From the NCBI GenBank assembly GCA_964404165.1, contig CAYOIZ010000018.1, positions 20,164 to 84,163 on the forward strand: a stretch of DNA of 64,000 nucleotides, read 5' to 3'. Numbering within the stretch: position 1 is the first letter of the stretch; every line of letters starts with the position of its first letter. The DNA is from an uncultured Candidatus Binatia bacterium (lineage in GTDB: Bacteria > Desulfobacterota > Binatia > DP-6). This document shows, piece by piece, positions 1 through 10,572 of this stretch. The notes under the pieces are model-generated. The model had not been told where the DNA came from. It saw nothing but the letters and a program-made list of their open reading frames with translations, and ran no database searches. The position numbers and the translations under genes were made by a program.

Positions 1-854
1 TTGGCCCCGACGCCCTTCGCGAGGTGCAGGGTCGTCTGCGCGAAGCGGGGATGCGCGAGCAGCGCCTCCGCCTGATGCGGCCACGCGAAGAACACCGTCA
101 CCCGTTCGGCCTCGAGCAGGCGCAACGTCTCGCCGGGCTCGAACACGTCCTGCAACACGACGGCCGCACCGCGCGACAGCGTCGCCAACGCCACCGCGAC
201 GAGCCCGCCCGCGAAGAAGAACGGCAGATAGCCCCACGTGCGATCCGCGGGCGTGATGCCGAGCACCGCGGCATCGCCGTCGGCGGCGAGGCACAGGGAC
301 CGCTGCGTGTGCACGACGCCCTTCGGTTCCGCGGTCGAGCCGGACGTGAACACGATGGTGGCGTCGTCGTCGGGTGCCGGCGCCGGCGGCAACGGCGCCG
401 CCCGCCCGAGCAACGGCGACAGGTCGACGGCCGCGTCGTCGTCCGGCGGCTCCAGCAGGACGACGACGCGCGGGGCCGGCAGCGTGGCGAGCGACGCCGC
501 GAAGTCGTTGCGCAGGAAGCGGCGCACCGCGACCAGCACCTCCACCTCGGCGAGCGCGAGCGCATGCCCCAGCTCACGCGCACGGTAGAGCGTGTTGAGC
601 GGCACGAGGACGCCGCCGCAACGCCACACCGCGAAGGCGATCACGATCCACTCCGGCCAGTTCGGCAGCAGCAGCCCGACGCGGGTGCCGCGGCCGACGC
701 CATGCGCCGCCAGCGCCGCGGCCACGCCGTCCGCACGCGCGCACAGCGTTGCGAAGTCGAGCCGACCACGCGCCGACACGAGCGCGGCTCGGGTCGGGAA
801 GCGCGCCGCCAGATCGTCGAGCAGCGCCGGCAGCGTCACCGGCGACGACGTCAC
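1..854 (-). CDS. AMP-dependent acyl-CoA synthetase/ligase, N-terminal part (3' end lies outside window)
   Basis: Manual translation of the minus frame (codon tops at 350-3k) gives TLPALLDDLAARFPTRAAL, LLPNWPEWIVIAFAVWRCGGVLVPLN and the AMP-binding P-loop FTSGSTAEPKGVVH. It is not in the ORF track because it runs off the window edge. The probable GTG start at 854 overlaps the amidase stop (GTGA). Confidence 0.6.
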   Translation of the reverse strand, partial: MTSSPVTLPALLDDLAARFPTRAALVSARGRLDFATLCARADGVAAALAAHGVGRGTRVGLLLPNWPEWIVIAFAVWRCGGVLVPLNTLYRARELGHALALAEVEVLVAVRRFLRNDFAASLATLPAPRVVVLLEPPDDDAAVDLSPLLGRAAPLPPAPAPDDDATIVFTSGSTAEPKGVVHTQRSLCLAADGDAAVLGITPADRTWGYLPFFFAGGLVAVALATLSRGAAVVLQDVFEPGETLRLLEAERVTVFFAWPHQAEALLAHPRFAQTTLHLAKGVGA

Positions 855-2275
855 ACGCCGGGCCGCGGCTCCCGCGGCCACTCGTCCGCCGGACACTCGC
901 GCTCGTAGGCACGCGCGACCTGCAGGAGCAGGTCCTCACGGCCGCGCTCGGTCACGATCTGTAGCCCGACGGGCATCTGCGCCGCGGTCAGCCCGCACCG
1001 CACGGTGATCGCCGGGTGCCCCGTCATGTTGAACGGGTACGAGAACGCGACGGCGTGGATCGGCGACGTCAGCTTCTCGCCGTCGATCTCGGCGGGCAGC
1101 GGCCCGCCGGCCGCGAAGGCGACGCTCGGCATGGTCGGCGTAAGCAGGACGTCGCAGCGCGCGAACAGCGCCGCCATCTCCTCGATGAGGTGGCGACGGT
1201 CCTCCTGGCAACGCGCCACGTCGGCCGCCCCGAGCGCGGAGCCGAACGAGATGCCCTTCAGGAATCCACGGCCCCACTCGCCACGGTGCTTCTCGACCAG
1301 CGGCGCGAGACGACCGAAGGTCTGGAAGCTGTTGAGCGCGGCCCAGGCGAAGCCGACGTCGGTGAAGCGATCGGCGACGCGCTCGACGGGCTGCCCGAGC
1401 GTACGTCCGACGACGTCCACCGCACGCTCGACGAGCGTGCGCACCTCCGGATCGACGCGGGCGTAGCCGAGCGTCGGGCTGTAGGCGAGCCGCAGTCCGG
1501 ACGGCACGTGCTCGAGACCGTCCATGTACGACGGACCCGCGTACGCCAGCGAATCGGGATCGTGCGAATCGTAGCCGGCGACCGCGTCGAGGCAGAGCGC
1601 AGTGTCGGTGACGCAGCGGGTGAGCGGGCCGCGCGAGATCGTGTCGACCCAGTCCCGCACCGACAGCGGCCCCCGCGAGATGCGCCCGAACGTCGCCTTG
1701 ATGCCGACGAGCCCCGTGTACGACGCCGGGATGCGGATCGAGCCGCCGCCGTCGCCACCGGTCGCGATGGGCACCATGCCCGCCGCCACCGCCGCCGACG
1801 ATCCACCGCTCGAGCCACCCGGCGTTCGCGACAGGTTCCACGGATTGCGGGTCACGCCGAAGAGGTGGTTCTTGGTGAACGCGGTCGAGCCGAACTCGGG
1901 CATGTTGGTCTTGCCGACCGGGATGGCCCCGGCGCGACGCAGGCGCGCCACCTGCGTGGAATCGCGCACGGCGACGTTCTCGCGGAACGGCACCGAGCCG
2001 TACGTGGTGGCGAGGCCCTCGAGCGACTCCTCGTCCTTCACCCCGAACGGCACCCCCGCGAGCGGCCCCGGATCCTCGCCTCGCGCGATGCGCTCGCCGA
2101 GCGCGCGCGCCTCGGCCATCGCCGCCTCGGTGCGCAAGGCGACGAACGCGTTCAGCGTGGGATTGACCTCGGCGATGCGGGCCAGCGTCGCCTCGATGAC
2201 CTCCACCGGGGACAGCTCGCGACGCCGCACCGCGGCAGCGATCTCGTGGGCGGAACGATAGGCCAGGTCCGACAT
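851..2275 (-). CDS. amidase (amidase-signature family)
   Basis: GGSSGGS(S)AAVAAG amidase signature and K/S/S-type catalytic core. The real start is at MSDLAYRSAHEIAAA (ATG 2275). The upstream 69 codons of the ORF are Arg-rich read-through. Confidence 0.85.
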   Translation of the reverse strand: MSDLAYRSAHEIAAAVRRRELSPVEVIEATLARIAEVNPTLNAFVALRTEAAMAEARALGERIARGEDPGPLAGVPFGVKDEESLEGLATTYGSVPFRENVAVRDSTQVARLRRAGAIPVGKTNMPEFGSTAFTKNHLFGVTRNPWNLSRTPGGSSGGSSAAVAAGMVPIATGGDGGGSIRIPASYTGLVGIKATFGRISRGPLSVRDWVDTISRGPLTRCVTDTALCLDAVAGYDSHDPDSLAYAGPSYMDGLEHVPSGLRLAYSPTLGYARVDPEVRTLVERAVDVVGRTLGQPVERVADRFTDVGFAWAALNSFQTFGRLAPLVEKHRGEWGRGFLKGISFGSALGAADVARCQEDRRHLIEEMAALFARCDVLLTPTMPSVAFAAGGPLPAEIDGEKLTSPIHAVAFSYPFNMTGHPAITVRCGLTAAQMPVGLQIVTERGREDLLLQVARAYERECPADEWPREPRPGV

Positions 2276-2355
2276 GCGCGGCACTCTGCCCGAGCGTCGC
2301 CGTCGCTGTAAAGCAGTTGCCGGCGTCGTCGCCGGCGACGTATAGCCCTGCCACG

Positions 2356-4116
2356 ATGCGAACCGGCTCGCTGCTCGTGGCGCTCTGCCTCGCGCTCGCC
2401 GCCGGCACGGCGATGGCGAAGACACCTTCTCTGCGGGGCGTGGTCGAGGGCTACTACGGCAAGCCCTGGAGCGGGGCGGCACGGCGCGACGTCATCCGCT
2501 TCCTCGGCGAGCGCGGCATGAACGCGTTCGTCTACGGGCCGAAGAACGACCCCTACCACCGCGACCGCTGGCGCGACCTCTACCCCGACGACGCGCTCGC
2601 CGACCTGCGCGCCACCGCCGTCGCCGCACGCGCGGCACGCGTCCGGTTCATCTACGCGCTGAGCCCGGCCCTGGACATCTGCTACGCCTGCGACGCCGAC
2701 TTCCGCGTCCTCACCGACAAGCTGGCGCAGGTCGCCAGCGCGCGCGTCCGTCGGTTCGCCCTCTTCTTCGACGACGTTCCCGAAGGGCTCACGCATCCGG
2801 AGGACCTCGCCGCCTACGGCGGCAACTCGTCGGAGGCGGTCGCACGCGCCCACGCCGACCTCACCAACCGCGTCGATCACTGGCTGCGCACGCACGGGCT
2901 CGCGCGGCTCACCTTCATGGTGCCGACCGACTATTCCGGCACCGCCTGCAATCCGTACCACACCGAGCTCGGCCGCCGGCTGCGGCGCGGCCTTCCCGTC
3001 GGCTGGACCGGCGACGCCGTGCTCACACCACGGGTGACGCGCGCGCAGGCCGTCGCGCGCCGTGCCTGCGTCGGCGGGCATCCCGTCGTGCTCTGGGACA
3101 ACTACCCCGTCAACGACGTCGTGCTGTCGAACAATCTGCACCTCGGGCCGCTGACCGGCCGCGACCCCGACCTGCCGGGGGCACTCGCCGGCCACCTGCT
3201 GAACCCGATGACGCAGCCGTACGCGAGCCTCGTCGCGCTCGCCACCGCCGCCGACTATCTGCGCGATCCCCGTGGGTACGACGCCGAGGCGTCGTGGCGG
3301 AGCGCGGTGGCGACGCTGGACACGGGCCCCGGCCTCGCCATCCTCGCCGAGCAGACGCGCAGCTCGGTGCTCGATCTCGACGACGCCGCGACGCTGCACG
3401 CCATCGTGGAGCGGATCGACACGACGTGGAGCACGCCGGCGTGGACCGGCGCCGTCGACGACCTCGACGCCGAGAGCGCGCGACAGGCGAGCGCGCCCGG
3501 TGCCATCGCCGCGACCCTCGGCGGCACGGCGCTCGGCAGCGAGATCGCCCCGTGGGTGATCGAGCTGGCGACGCACGCCGACCAGGCCGCAGGCGCGGCG
3601 CAGCTGCTGCGGGCCATGAAACCGTCGTTCGCGAGCCTCACCGTCACGCCGAGCGGCGACGGCGTGCGTGTCGCCGGACGCGTCCTTCCCCCCGACACGG
3701 CGACGGTCGCCGCACGAGCGCCGGCGTTCGGAACGCCGCCGCCCGCCCCGGACATCGGCGGCTATCTGCGCTGCCTCGGCAACATCCTCGGCGCCGACAT
3801 CCGTCTGTGTCCCGAGTACGGCCTCAACGTCCACGGCAAGGGTCTGTGCATCATTCCGCAGAGCCTGACGCAGATCCAGATCATCACCGACCGCAACGTC
3901 CATCGCCGGCTGCTCGGCGTCGTCGCTGCGCACTACACGGCATGGCACGCGCGCCAGGGCGCCGGCACGACACCGCTGACGCTCACGGCCGACGGTGCGC
4001 CGATCACGCTCGCCGGCGACGGCACGTTCGACGCCGTCGTCCCCGGCCGACCGACGACGCTGCTGCTCACGACACCCGCCGGCGACGCCACCGCCGCAGT
4101 CATCACGCTGCGCTGA
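2356..4116 (+). CDS. secreted family GH84 beta-N-acetylglucosaminidase (O-GlcNAcase/NagJ-like)
   Basis: GVVEGYYGKPWS and VYGPKNDPYHR motifs are typical of GH84 catalytic domains. The signal peptide MRTGSLLVALCLALAAGTAMA lies at the chosen ATG 2356. Confidence 0.8.
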   Translation: MRTGSLLVALCLALAAGTAMAKTPSLRGVVEGYYGKPWSGAARRDVIRFLGERGMNAFVYGPKNDPYHRDRWRDLYPDDALADLRATAVAARAARVRFIYALSPALDICYACDADFRVLTDKLAQVASARVRRFALFFDDVPEGLTHPEDLAAYGGNSSEAVARAHADLTNRVDHWLRTHGLARLTFMVPTDYSGTACNPYHTELGRRLRRGLPVGWTGDAVLTPRVTRAQAVARRACVGGHPVVLWDNYPVNDVVLSNNLHLGPLTGRDPDLPGALAGHLLNPMTQPYASLVALATAADYLRDPRGYDAEASWRSAVATLDTGPGLAILAEQTRSSVLDLDDAATLHAIVERIDTTWSTPAWTGAVDDLDAESARQASAPGAIAATLGGTALGSEIAPWVIELATHADQAAGAAQLLRAMKPSFASLTVTPSGDGVRVAGRVLPPDTATVAARAPAFGTPPPAPDIGGYLRCLGNILGADIRLCPEYGLNVHGKGLCIIPQSLTQIQIITDRNVHRRLLGVVAAHYTAWHARQGAGTTPLTLTADGAPITLAGDGTFDAVVPGRPTTLLLTTPAGDATAAVITLR

Positions 4117-4149
4117 ACACGCCGCGCGACGGTGCTAGGGTCCACCGCC

Positions 4150-4806
4150 ATGCACGAGAAATTCACCGCCCTCACGCCCGAGCGCTACGCCTACCTCGTG
4201 GCGCACAACCCACCGCAGGACGCGGTGCTGCGCGATCTCGCGGAGGAGACCGCGGCGCTCGGCGGCATCAGCATGATGCAGATCGCCATCGAGCAAGGGG
4301 CATTCCTGACGCAGCTGGCGCGGCTCCTGAACGTGCGACACGCCATCGAGGTCGGCACCTTCACCGGCTACAGCGCCATCTCCATCGCACGCGGGCTCGC
4401 CGACGGCGGGCGCCTCGTGTGCTGCGACGTCAGCGAGGAGTGGACGGCGATCGCCAAGCGCGCATGGACGCGCGCCAGGCTCGACGATCGCATCGAGCTA
4501 CGGATCGGCCCGGCGCTCGACACGCTGCGCGCCCTGCCCCGCACGCCCGACGTCGACCTCGCCTTCGTCGACGCCGACAAACCGAACTACCGCCACTACT
4601 ACGAGGAGCTGCTGCCGCGCCTGCGGCAGAACGGGCTCATCGTATTCGACAACGTCCTCTGGGGCGGCGCGGTCGCCGATCCGTCGAACACCGACGAGTC
4701 GACACTGGCGCTGCGCGCGCTGAACGACTTCCTCGTGACCGACGCGCGCGTCGAGGCGGTCATGCTCCCCGTCGCCGACGGCCTGTTCCTGGTGCGGAAG
4801 CGCTAG
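4150..4806 (+). CDS. class I SAM-dependent O-methyltransferase (family 3, caffeoyl-CoA OMT-like)
   Basis: AIEVGTFTGYSAISIARGL SAM motif plus VDLAFVDADKPNYRHYYE and DNVLWGG. The start was chosen at MHEKFTALTPERY. Confidence 0.8.
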   Translation: MHEKFTALTPERYAYLVAHNPPQDAVLRDLAEETAALGGISMMQIAIEQGAFLTQLARLLNVRHAIEVGTFTGYSAISIARGLADGGRLVCCDVSEEWTAIAKRAWTRARLDDRIELRIGPALDTLRALPRTPDVDLAFVDADKPNYRHYYEELLPRLRQNGLIVFDNVLWGGAVADPSNTDESTLALRALNDFLVTDARVEAVMLPVADGLFLVRKR

Positions 4807-5684
4807 CCGAGACAGGCCGCCAGCGCTCCGGCCAGCTCGGGCTGCCGCCAGGCGTAGCCGTTGCGTTCGGCCACGGCCGGCAGCACGCGCTGGCCGGTGA
4901 GCAGCATGTCGGCCATCTCTCCGAGGACGAGGCGGAGCGCCAGCCCCGGCACGGGCAGCACGGCGGGCCGGCCGAGCGCGTGCCCGAGCGCCTGCACGAA
5001 GTCGCGGTTCGTCACCGGATGGGGTGCCGTCACGTTCACCGCACCCGCGTAGGCGTCGTTGCCGAGCGCCTCGCGGACGAGCCCGACGACGTCGTCGCGG
5101 TGCACCCACGACATCCACTGCCGTCCGCCGCCGATCGGCCCGCCGAGACATGCACGGAACGGGATCAGCATCTTCGCGAGCGCGCCCCCGTCGGGCGCCA
5201 GCACGACGCCGAAGCGCAGGCGCGCGACGCGCAGGCCGAGCGGCTCGGCGCGCAGCGCCTCGGCTTCCCAGTCACGGCACACGCGCGCCAGGAAGTCGTC
5301 CCCGGGGCCGAACGACGTCTCGTCCAGCGGCTCGTCGCCGTGCGGACCGTACCAGCCGACCGCCGAGGCGTTGATCAGCACCTTCGGACGCGCCGGCGCG
5401 AGCTCGATCGCCCGTACCAGCGAACGTGTTGCCTCGATGCGGCTCGAACGGATGGCCGCCTTGCGTGCCACCGTCCATCGCCCGTCGGCGATCGATTCGC
5501 CGGCGAGGTTCACGACGGCGTCGCTGTCGGCGACGGCCGGCGCGAGCGCGTCCCAGCCCACCGCGCGCCCCGGCACGCGGCCCGGCTCGCGGCTCACCAC
5601 GGTGACCGCGTGACTCGCGGCGCGCAACGCGTCGCAGAGTCGCTTCCCCACGAGCCCAGTGGCCCCCGTCACGAGCACCCGCAT
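4803..5684 (-). CDS. TIGR01777 (YfcH-like) NAD-dependent epimerase/dehydratase family protein
   Basis: MRVLVTGATGLVGKRL Rossmann motif, then GGPIGGGRQWMSWVHRDD and a DUF1731-like C-terminus. The C-terminal 293 aa of a 700-aa ORF. The stop overlaps the OMT stop by 4 nt (convergent). Confidence 0.8.
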   Translation of the reverse strand: MRVLVTGATGLVGKRLCDALRAASHAVTVVSREPGRVPGRAVGWDALAPAVADSDAVVNLAGESIADGRWTVARKAAIRSSRIEATRSLVRAIELAPARPKVLINASAVGWYGPHGDEPLDETSFGPGDDFLARVCRDWEAEALRAEPLGLRVARLRFGVVLAPDGGALAKMLIPFRACLGGPIGGGRQWMSWVHRDDVVGLVREALGNDAYAGAVNVTAPHPVTNRDFVQALGHALGRPAVLPVPGLALRLVLGEMADMLLTGQRVLPAVAERNGYAWRQPELAGALAACLG

Positions 5685-5771
5685 GGGGGCGCCACCTAAC
5701 ATGCGAGACGCGGGGACCCAAACGCTCCGTACCGGTTGCGACGGGGGCGCGGACCGTGCGACTTCCCGGCC

Positions 5772-6983
5772 ATGACCATGCCGCTCGAGGGAATCCGCGT
5801 CGTCGACTGGACGATCTGGCAGCAGGGCCCGGTGGCGTCGGTGATGCTCGGCGATCTCGGCGCCGAGGTCATCAAGGTGGAGGAACGCATCGGCGGCGAC
5901 CCCGGCCGCGGCGTGCTGCGCGCGCAGGGCCTCGACCTGAGCGATCGGCCGAACTTCTATTTCGAGGCGAACAACCGCAACAAGAAGAGCCTCACCGTCG
6001 ACCTGAAGAAGCCCGAGGCGGTCGAGATCGTGGCCCGCCTGGCGGATCGCGCCGACGTCTTCGTGCAGAACTTCCGCCAGGGCGTGGCGGCGCGGCTCGG
6101 CCTCGGCGCCGCGACGCTCCGCGCCCGCAATCCGCGCCTGATCTACGCCAGCGCCAGCGGCTACGGCCCCGAGGGTCCGGAGAGCGGCGCCCCGTCGTTC
6201 GACTACCTGGGCCTCGCGCGCTCCGGGATCATGATGTCCGCCGGCGAGCCCGACGATCCGCCGCTGGCGATCGCCGGCGGCATCGCCGACCAGATGGGTG
6301 CCATCATGCTCGCCTACGGCGTGCTGGCGGCGCTGCTCGCGCGCGAGAAGACGGGGCTCGGCCAGGAGGTCGACGCCTCGCACCTGGGCTCGATGTCGTG
6401 GCTGCAGGGCCTCGGCCTCTCCGCGCGCCTCATGCTGGGCCGCGCCCTCCCCCGCGTCCATCGCCGCTACGCCACCAACCCGCTCTGGAACCACTACCAG
6501 TGCGCCGACGGCGAATGGATCGCGCTGTCGATGCTGCAGGCCGATCGCTACTGGCCCTCGTTCTGCGCGGTGCTCGAGATCCCGGAGGCGGCGACCGATC
6601 CGCGCTTCGCGACGATGCTCGACCGGATGGGGAACAGCGCGGCGTGCGTCGAGCTGCTCGACGCACGCTTCGCCACCCGGACGCGCACCGACTGGCTCGA
6701 GCGGCTCGCCCGGGGTGGCGACTTCATCGTCTCGATCGTCAACTCGGTCGACCAGCTCCCCGACGACCCGCAGGTGCAGGCGAACGGCTACGTCACGACC
6801 TTCGACCACCCGAGCTTCGGCGACACGCAGGTGGTCGGCGTCCCCGTGCGGCTCAGCGAGACCCCGGGCCAGATCCGTCTGCCGGCCCCGGAGTTCGGCC
6901 AGCACACCGAGGAGATCCTCACCGAGGTGCTGGGCTACTCGTGGGACGAGGTCGGCCGCCTGCGCGAGGACGAGGTCATCTAG
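5772..6983 (+). CDS. CoA-transferase family III (CaiB/BaiF/Frc-like)
   Basis: LEGIRVVDWTIWQQGPVASVMLGDLGAEVIKVE N-terminal signature. Start at MTMPLEG. Confidence 0.85.
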   Translation: MTMPLEGIRVVDWTIWQQGPVASVMLGDLGAEVIKVEERIGGDPGRGVLRAQGLDLSDRPNFYFEANNRNKKSLTVDLKKPEAVEIVARLADRADVFVQNFRQGVAARLGLGAATLRARNPRLIYASASGYGPEGPESGAPSFDYLGLARSGIMMSAGEPDDPPLAIAGGIADQMGAIMLAYGVLAALLAREKTGLGQEVDASHLGSMSWLQGLGLSARLMLGRALPRVHRRYATNPLWNHYQCADGEWIALSMLQADRYWPSFCAVLEIPEAATDPRFATMLDRMGNSAACVELLDARFATRTRTDWLERLARGGDFIVSIVNSVDQLPDDPQVQANGYVTTFDHPSFGDTQVVGVPVRLSETPGQIRLPAPEFGQHTEEILTEVLGYSWDEVGRLREDEVI

Positions 6984-8061
6984 TCGAGCATCGCCTCGAT
7001 GCGCTTCGTGCGCCGCGCCAGCGCCGCGGGGTCGTCGCTGCGAATGGTCACGTGCCCCACCTTGCGACCCGGGCGCGACTGCTTGCCGTAGAGGTGCAGG
7101 TGCGCGCCCTTGACGGCGAGCACGGCGTCGATGTCGGGCAGATCGCCGATCAGGTTCAGCATCGCCGACTGGCCCACCGCCGCCGTCGATCCGAGCGGCG
7201 CCCCGGTGATCGCCCGCACGTGGTTCTCGAACTGGCTCGTCTCCGCCCCTTCGATCGTCCAGTGCCCCGAGTTGTGCACGCGCGGCGCCATCTCGTTCGC
7301 CACCAGCGTGCCGTCGACCTGGAACAGCTCGATCGCCAGCACGCCCGCGTAGTCGAGCGATTCGAGCACGCGCGTCGCAATCGTCTCGGCCGACTGCTGC
7401 AGCTCCGGCGACATCGCGGGTGCGGGCGCGAGCGAGCGACGCAGCAGACCGTCGGCATGCAGGTTCTCGACCAGCGGATAGAAGGCGAGCGTCCCGTCAC
7501 GACCGCGTACCGCGATGACGGACAGCTCGCGCGCGAAGCGCACGAACCCCTCGGCGATGCAGGCGACGTCGCCGAGACGGTCCCACGCCGGGGCGATGTC
7601 GCCCACCGTGCGGATCACCACCTGCCCCTTGCCGTCGTACCCGAAGCGCCGCGTCTTCAGGATGAAGGGCATGCCGAGCGTGCGTGCCGCCTGCTCCAGC
7701 GCGGCGCGATCCCCGATGGCGGCGAACGGCGCCGTGGCGATGCCGAGCGACTGGAAGAACCGCTTCTCGGCCAGACGATCCTGCGACGCCTCGAGCGCCG
7801 CCGGTGACGGATAGACCGGCACCTTGGCGGCAACGGCACGCGCCGACGCCACCGGCACGTTCTCGAACTCGTAGGTGACGAGGTCGACGCGACTCGCGAG
7901 CTCCGTCAGCGCCGCCTCGTCGTCGGGCGCCGCGACGATGTGGCTGCCGAGCCCGCTCAGCGCCTCGGGCGCCGCGTCCACGAACACGAACTCGTGCCCC
8001 AGCGGATACCCGGCCAGCGCCAGCATGCGTCCGAGCTGGCCTCCGCCGAGCACACCGATGT

Positions 8062-8065
<4 letters not shown>
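6980..8065 (-). CDS. purK: N5-carboxyaminoimidazole ribonucleotide synthase
   Basis: ATP-grasp PurK signature [16 protein letters not shown] ... [13 protein letters not shown]. The stop overlaps the CoA-transferase stop region. Forms an operon with purE. Confidence 0.9.
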
Positions 8066-8555
<490 letters not shown>

Positions 8556-8559
<4 letters not shown>

Positions 8560-9323
8560 CCGAGCATCACCATGCCGCCGTCGACCGGGATGCACTGCCC
8601 CGTCACCATCTTCGAGTCGTCGGAGGCGAGCCACACCGCGGTGCCGGTGAGATCCTCGGGCTCAAGGGCACGGTGGATCGCCATCTGCATGTCGATGATG
8701 TACTGCAGGTACTGCTCCGGCACACCGGTCTTCGTGGCGTCCGTCATCGTGGGCCCCGGCGCGATGGCGTTGACGCGGATGTTCTGCCGCCCGACGGTAC
8801 CGGCCATGAAGTGCGTCATGCCGTTGATCGCCGCCTTCGTCACGCTGTAGTGGAACGACGGCAGCTGATCGTCGATGACGGGGTACTCGGGATGCAGCCA
8901 TGCCGCCGACGACGACTGGTTGATGACGGATCCGCCGCCGCCCCTGGCCATGTACGGGAAGACGGCGCGGCTCATGAGCCAGGTGCCGAAGTAGTTCACG
9001 TCGAAGATCTTGCGCAGATACGCGAGCGTCGTGTCGAAGTTGTCGATGCCGTAGAAGATGGCCGCGTTGTTGATGAGGACGTCGATGCGCCCGAAGCGAT
9101 CGAACACCGCCGTGGCGACGCGCTGTGTGTCCTCCTCGCTCGAGACGTCGAGCCGCTCGAAGACGGCCGTGCCGCCGAGCGATGCGGCGACGGCGCCACC
9201 CTTCTCCGCGTTGATGTCGGCCACCACGACGGTGGCACCCTCGGCCACGAACCGTCGTGCATACGCCTCACCGATGCCCTGACCGGCGCCGGTGATGATC
9301 GCCACCTTGCCCTCGAGTCGCAT
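8556..9323 (-). CDS. SDR family oxidoreductase
   Basis: [21 protein letters not shown] cofactor motif plus [12 protein letters not shown] active-site YxxxK. Confidence 0.85.
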
Positions 9324-9341
9324 GCGGGCTCTGTAGCGCGT

Positions 9342-10178
9342 TCAGTCGAGCGCGTCGAGAAATCGGCGTAGCGCCGGCCCCACCCGCTCCGGGCACACGA
9401 GCAGGAAGTGATGACCGCCCGGGAACTCCTCGAACGTCGCGCCCGGCAGGACCTCGGCGAGCTGCTCGCGCTGCGCACGATCGATCACGCGGCTCGCCGC
9501 GCCGGCCGCGAGCCACATCGGGCAGCGCACGCCGGGCAGCAGGCGGAACAGGTCGCCGGCGCCGTCGCCGTCGAGCGAAAGGACGCCACGGTCGAAGCGA
9601 ACCGTCCAGTCACCGGGCCCGCGCTCGCGCACGGCGTGGGCCGCGAGATGCGCGATCACCTCGGGTGCGACGTCGGGCTCGTCGGGAATGAACCGGAACG
9701 CGGCCAGGGCGGCCGCGCGCGTCGGATGGCCGCGGCCCTCGCGCGTGCCGCCGACACGGCCGCGATGCCGGGCCGCGAAGGCGGCGTCGATGGTGTCGAG
9801 CCGGCTGTCGAGGATGCCGAGGCCCCGGACGCGTTCGGGATGATGCGCCGTGAGCCACAGCGCCACCCGTCCGCCCATGGAGTGCCCGACGACGGGCACG
9901 GGCCTGGGCGCCAGCACGTCGAGCACCTCCGTCAGATCGCCGGCGAAGTCGTCCAGCCGATAGGCGGGCGGCTCGGCCCAGGCGCTCTCGCCGTGGCCCC
10001 GCAGATCGGGGGCCAGCACGCGCCAGCCCGGCACCAGGTACGGGATCAGCGGCGTCCACCAGCGGGCATGGCCGCCGTTGCCGTGGACGAGCAGCACCGT
10101 CGGGTCGTCGTCACGTCCCCACACCAGGACGTGCAGCGCCAGACCGCCCGCGTCGACGACTACCGAGCGTGGGACCAT
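9342..10178 (-). CDS. alpha/beta hydrolase fold protein
   Basis: VLLVHGNGGHARWW, HGES and GHSMGG nucleophile elbow. Confidence 0.75.
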   Translation of the reverse strand: MVPRSVVVDAGGLALHVLVWGRDDDPTVLLVHGNGGHARWWTPLIPYLVPGWRVLAPDLRGHGESAWAEPPAYRLDDFAGDLTEVLDVLAPRPVPVVGHSMGGRVALWLTAHHPERVRGLGILDSRLDTIDAAFAARHRGRVGGTREGRGHPTRAAALAAFRFIPDEPDVAPEVIAHLAAHAVRERGPGDWTVRFDRGVLSLDGDGAGDLFRLLPGVRCPMWLAAGAASRVIDRAQREQLAEVLPGATFEEFPGGHHFLLVCPERVGPALRRFLDALD

Positions 10179-10248
10179 CGATCTATTGCAGACGCCGTGG
10201 ATTTTGGTCTGGTACCATCGGGCAGCGCGCGGTATCTATCGAACGGAC

Positions 10249-10572
10249 ATGGCGAATCGGGTGGCGCAGCGCATGGGGCCGATCGGTCCGGGGAAGCACC
10301 GTGTCGAGGTGGCCCGCGCCGACCGCCGATGGCTCCTGGCGTGGGCCGGGATCTTCGTCGGTACGCTCGCGCTGCTCGTCGTCGCGCACCAGGTCTACCG
10401 GATGACCGGCCCGCACCCCGAGATCACCGCGGCCATCCGCGGCCTCAAGCATCACGCCCGGTGGTTGATCCCCGGGCTCAAGGGCAAGCCGAACGCGCGC
10501 GGCGCGGCGCTCGACCGCGATCATCGCTCGGTCGGCTCGACGCGCAACGGGCAGGCCGCGCAGCGCGCGTAG
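10249..10572 (+). CDS. small hypothetical membrane protein (weak call)
   Basis: ATG at 10249 (MANRVAQRMG) follows an unusually AT-richer intergenic stretch. Has one predicted TM helix WLLAWAGIFVGTLALLVVAH. Overlaps the maf 3' end convergently. No recognisable family. Confidence 0.25.
   Translation: MANRVAQRMGPIGPGKHRVEVARADRRWLLAWAGIFVGTLALLVVAHQVYRMTGPHPEITAAIRGLKHHARWLIPGLKGKPNARGAALDRDHRSVGSTRNGQAAQRA

Noticed and set aside
851-2482. N-terminal 69-codon extension of the amidase ORF (and similar 5' extensions of ORFs 19045-20202, 24227-25519, 35103-36965, 51929-53104, 53202-54626, 54406-56649, 56033-57256, 56632-57867, 20296-22191, 4803-6905)
   Set aside because: Each extension is Arg/Ser/Pro-rich and often overlaps the neighbouring gene. 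Conserved family N-termini begin at internal ATG/GTG codons, several of them in GTGA overlaps. Internal starts were used instead.
2152-5699. Long ORFs 2152-3948 (-) and 3294-5699 (+) overlapping the GH84, OMT and epimerase genes
   Set aside because: Both are Arg/Pro/Gly-rich read-throughs in alternative frames of real genes. No domain signatures.
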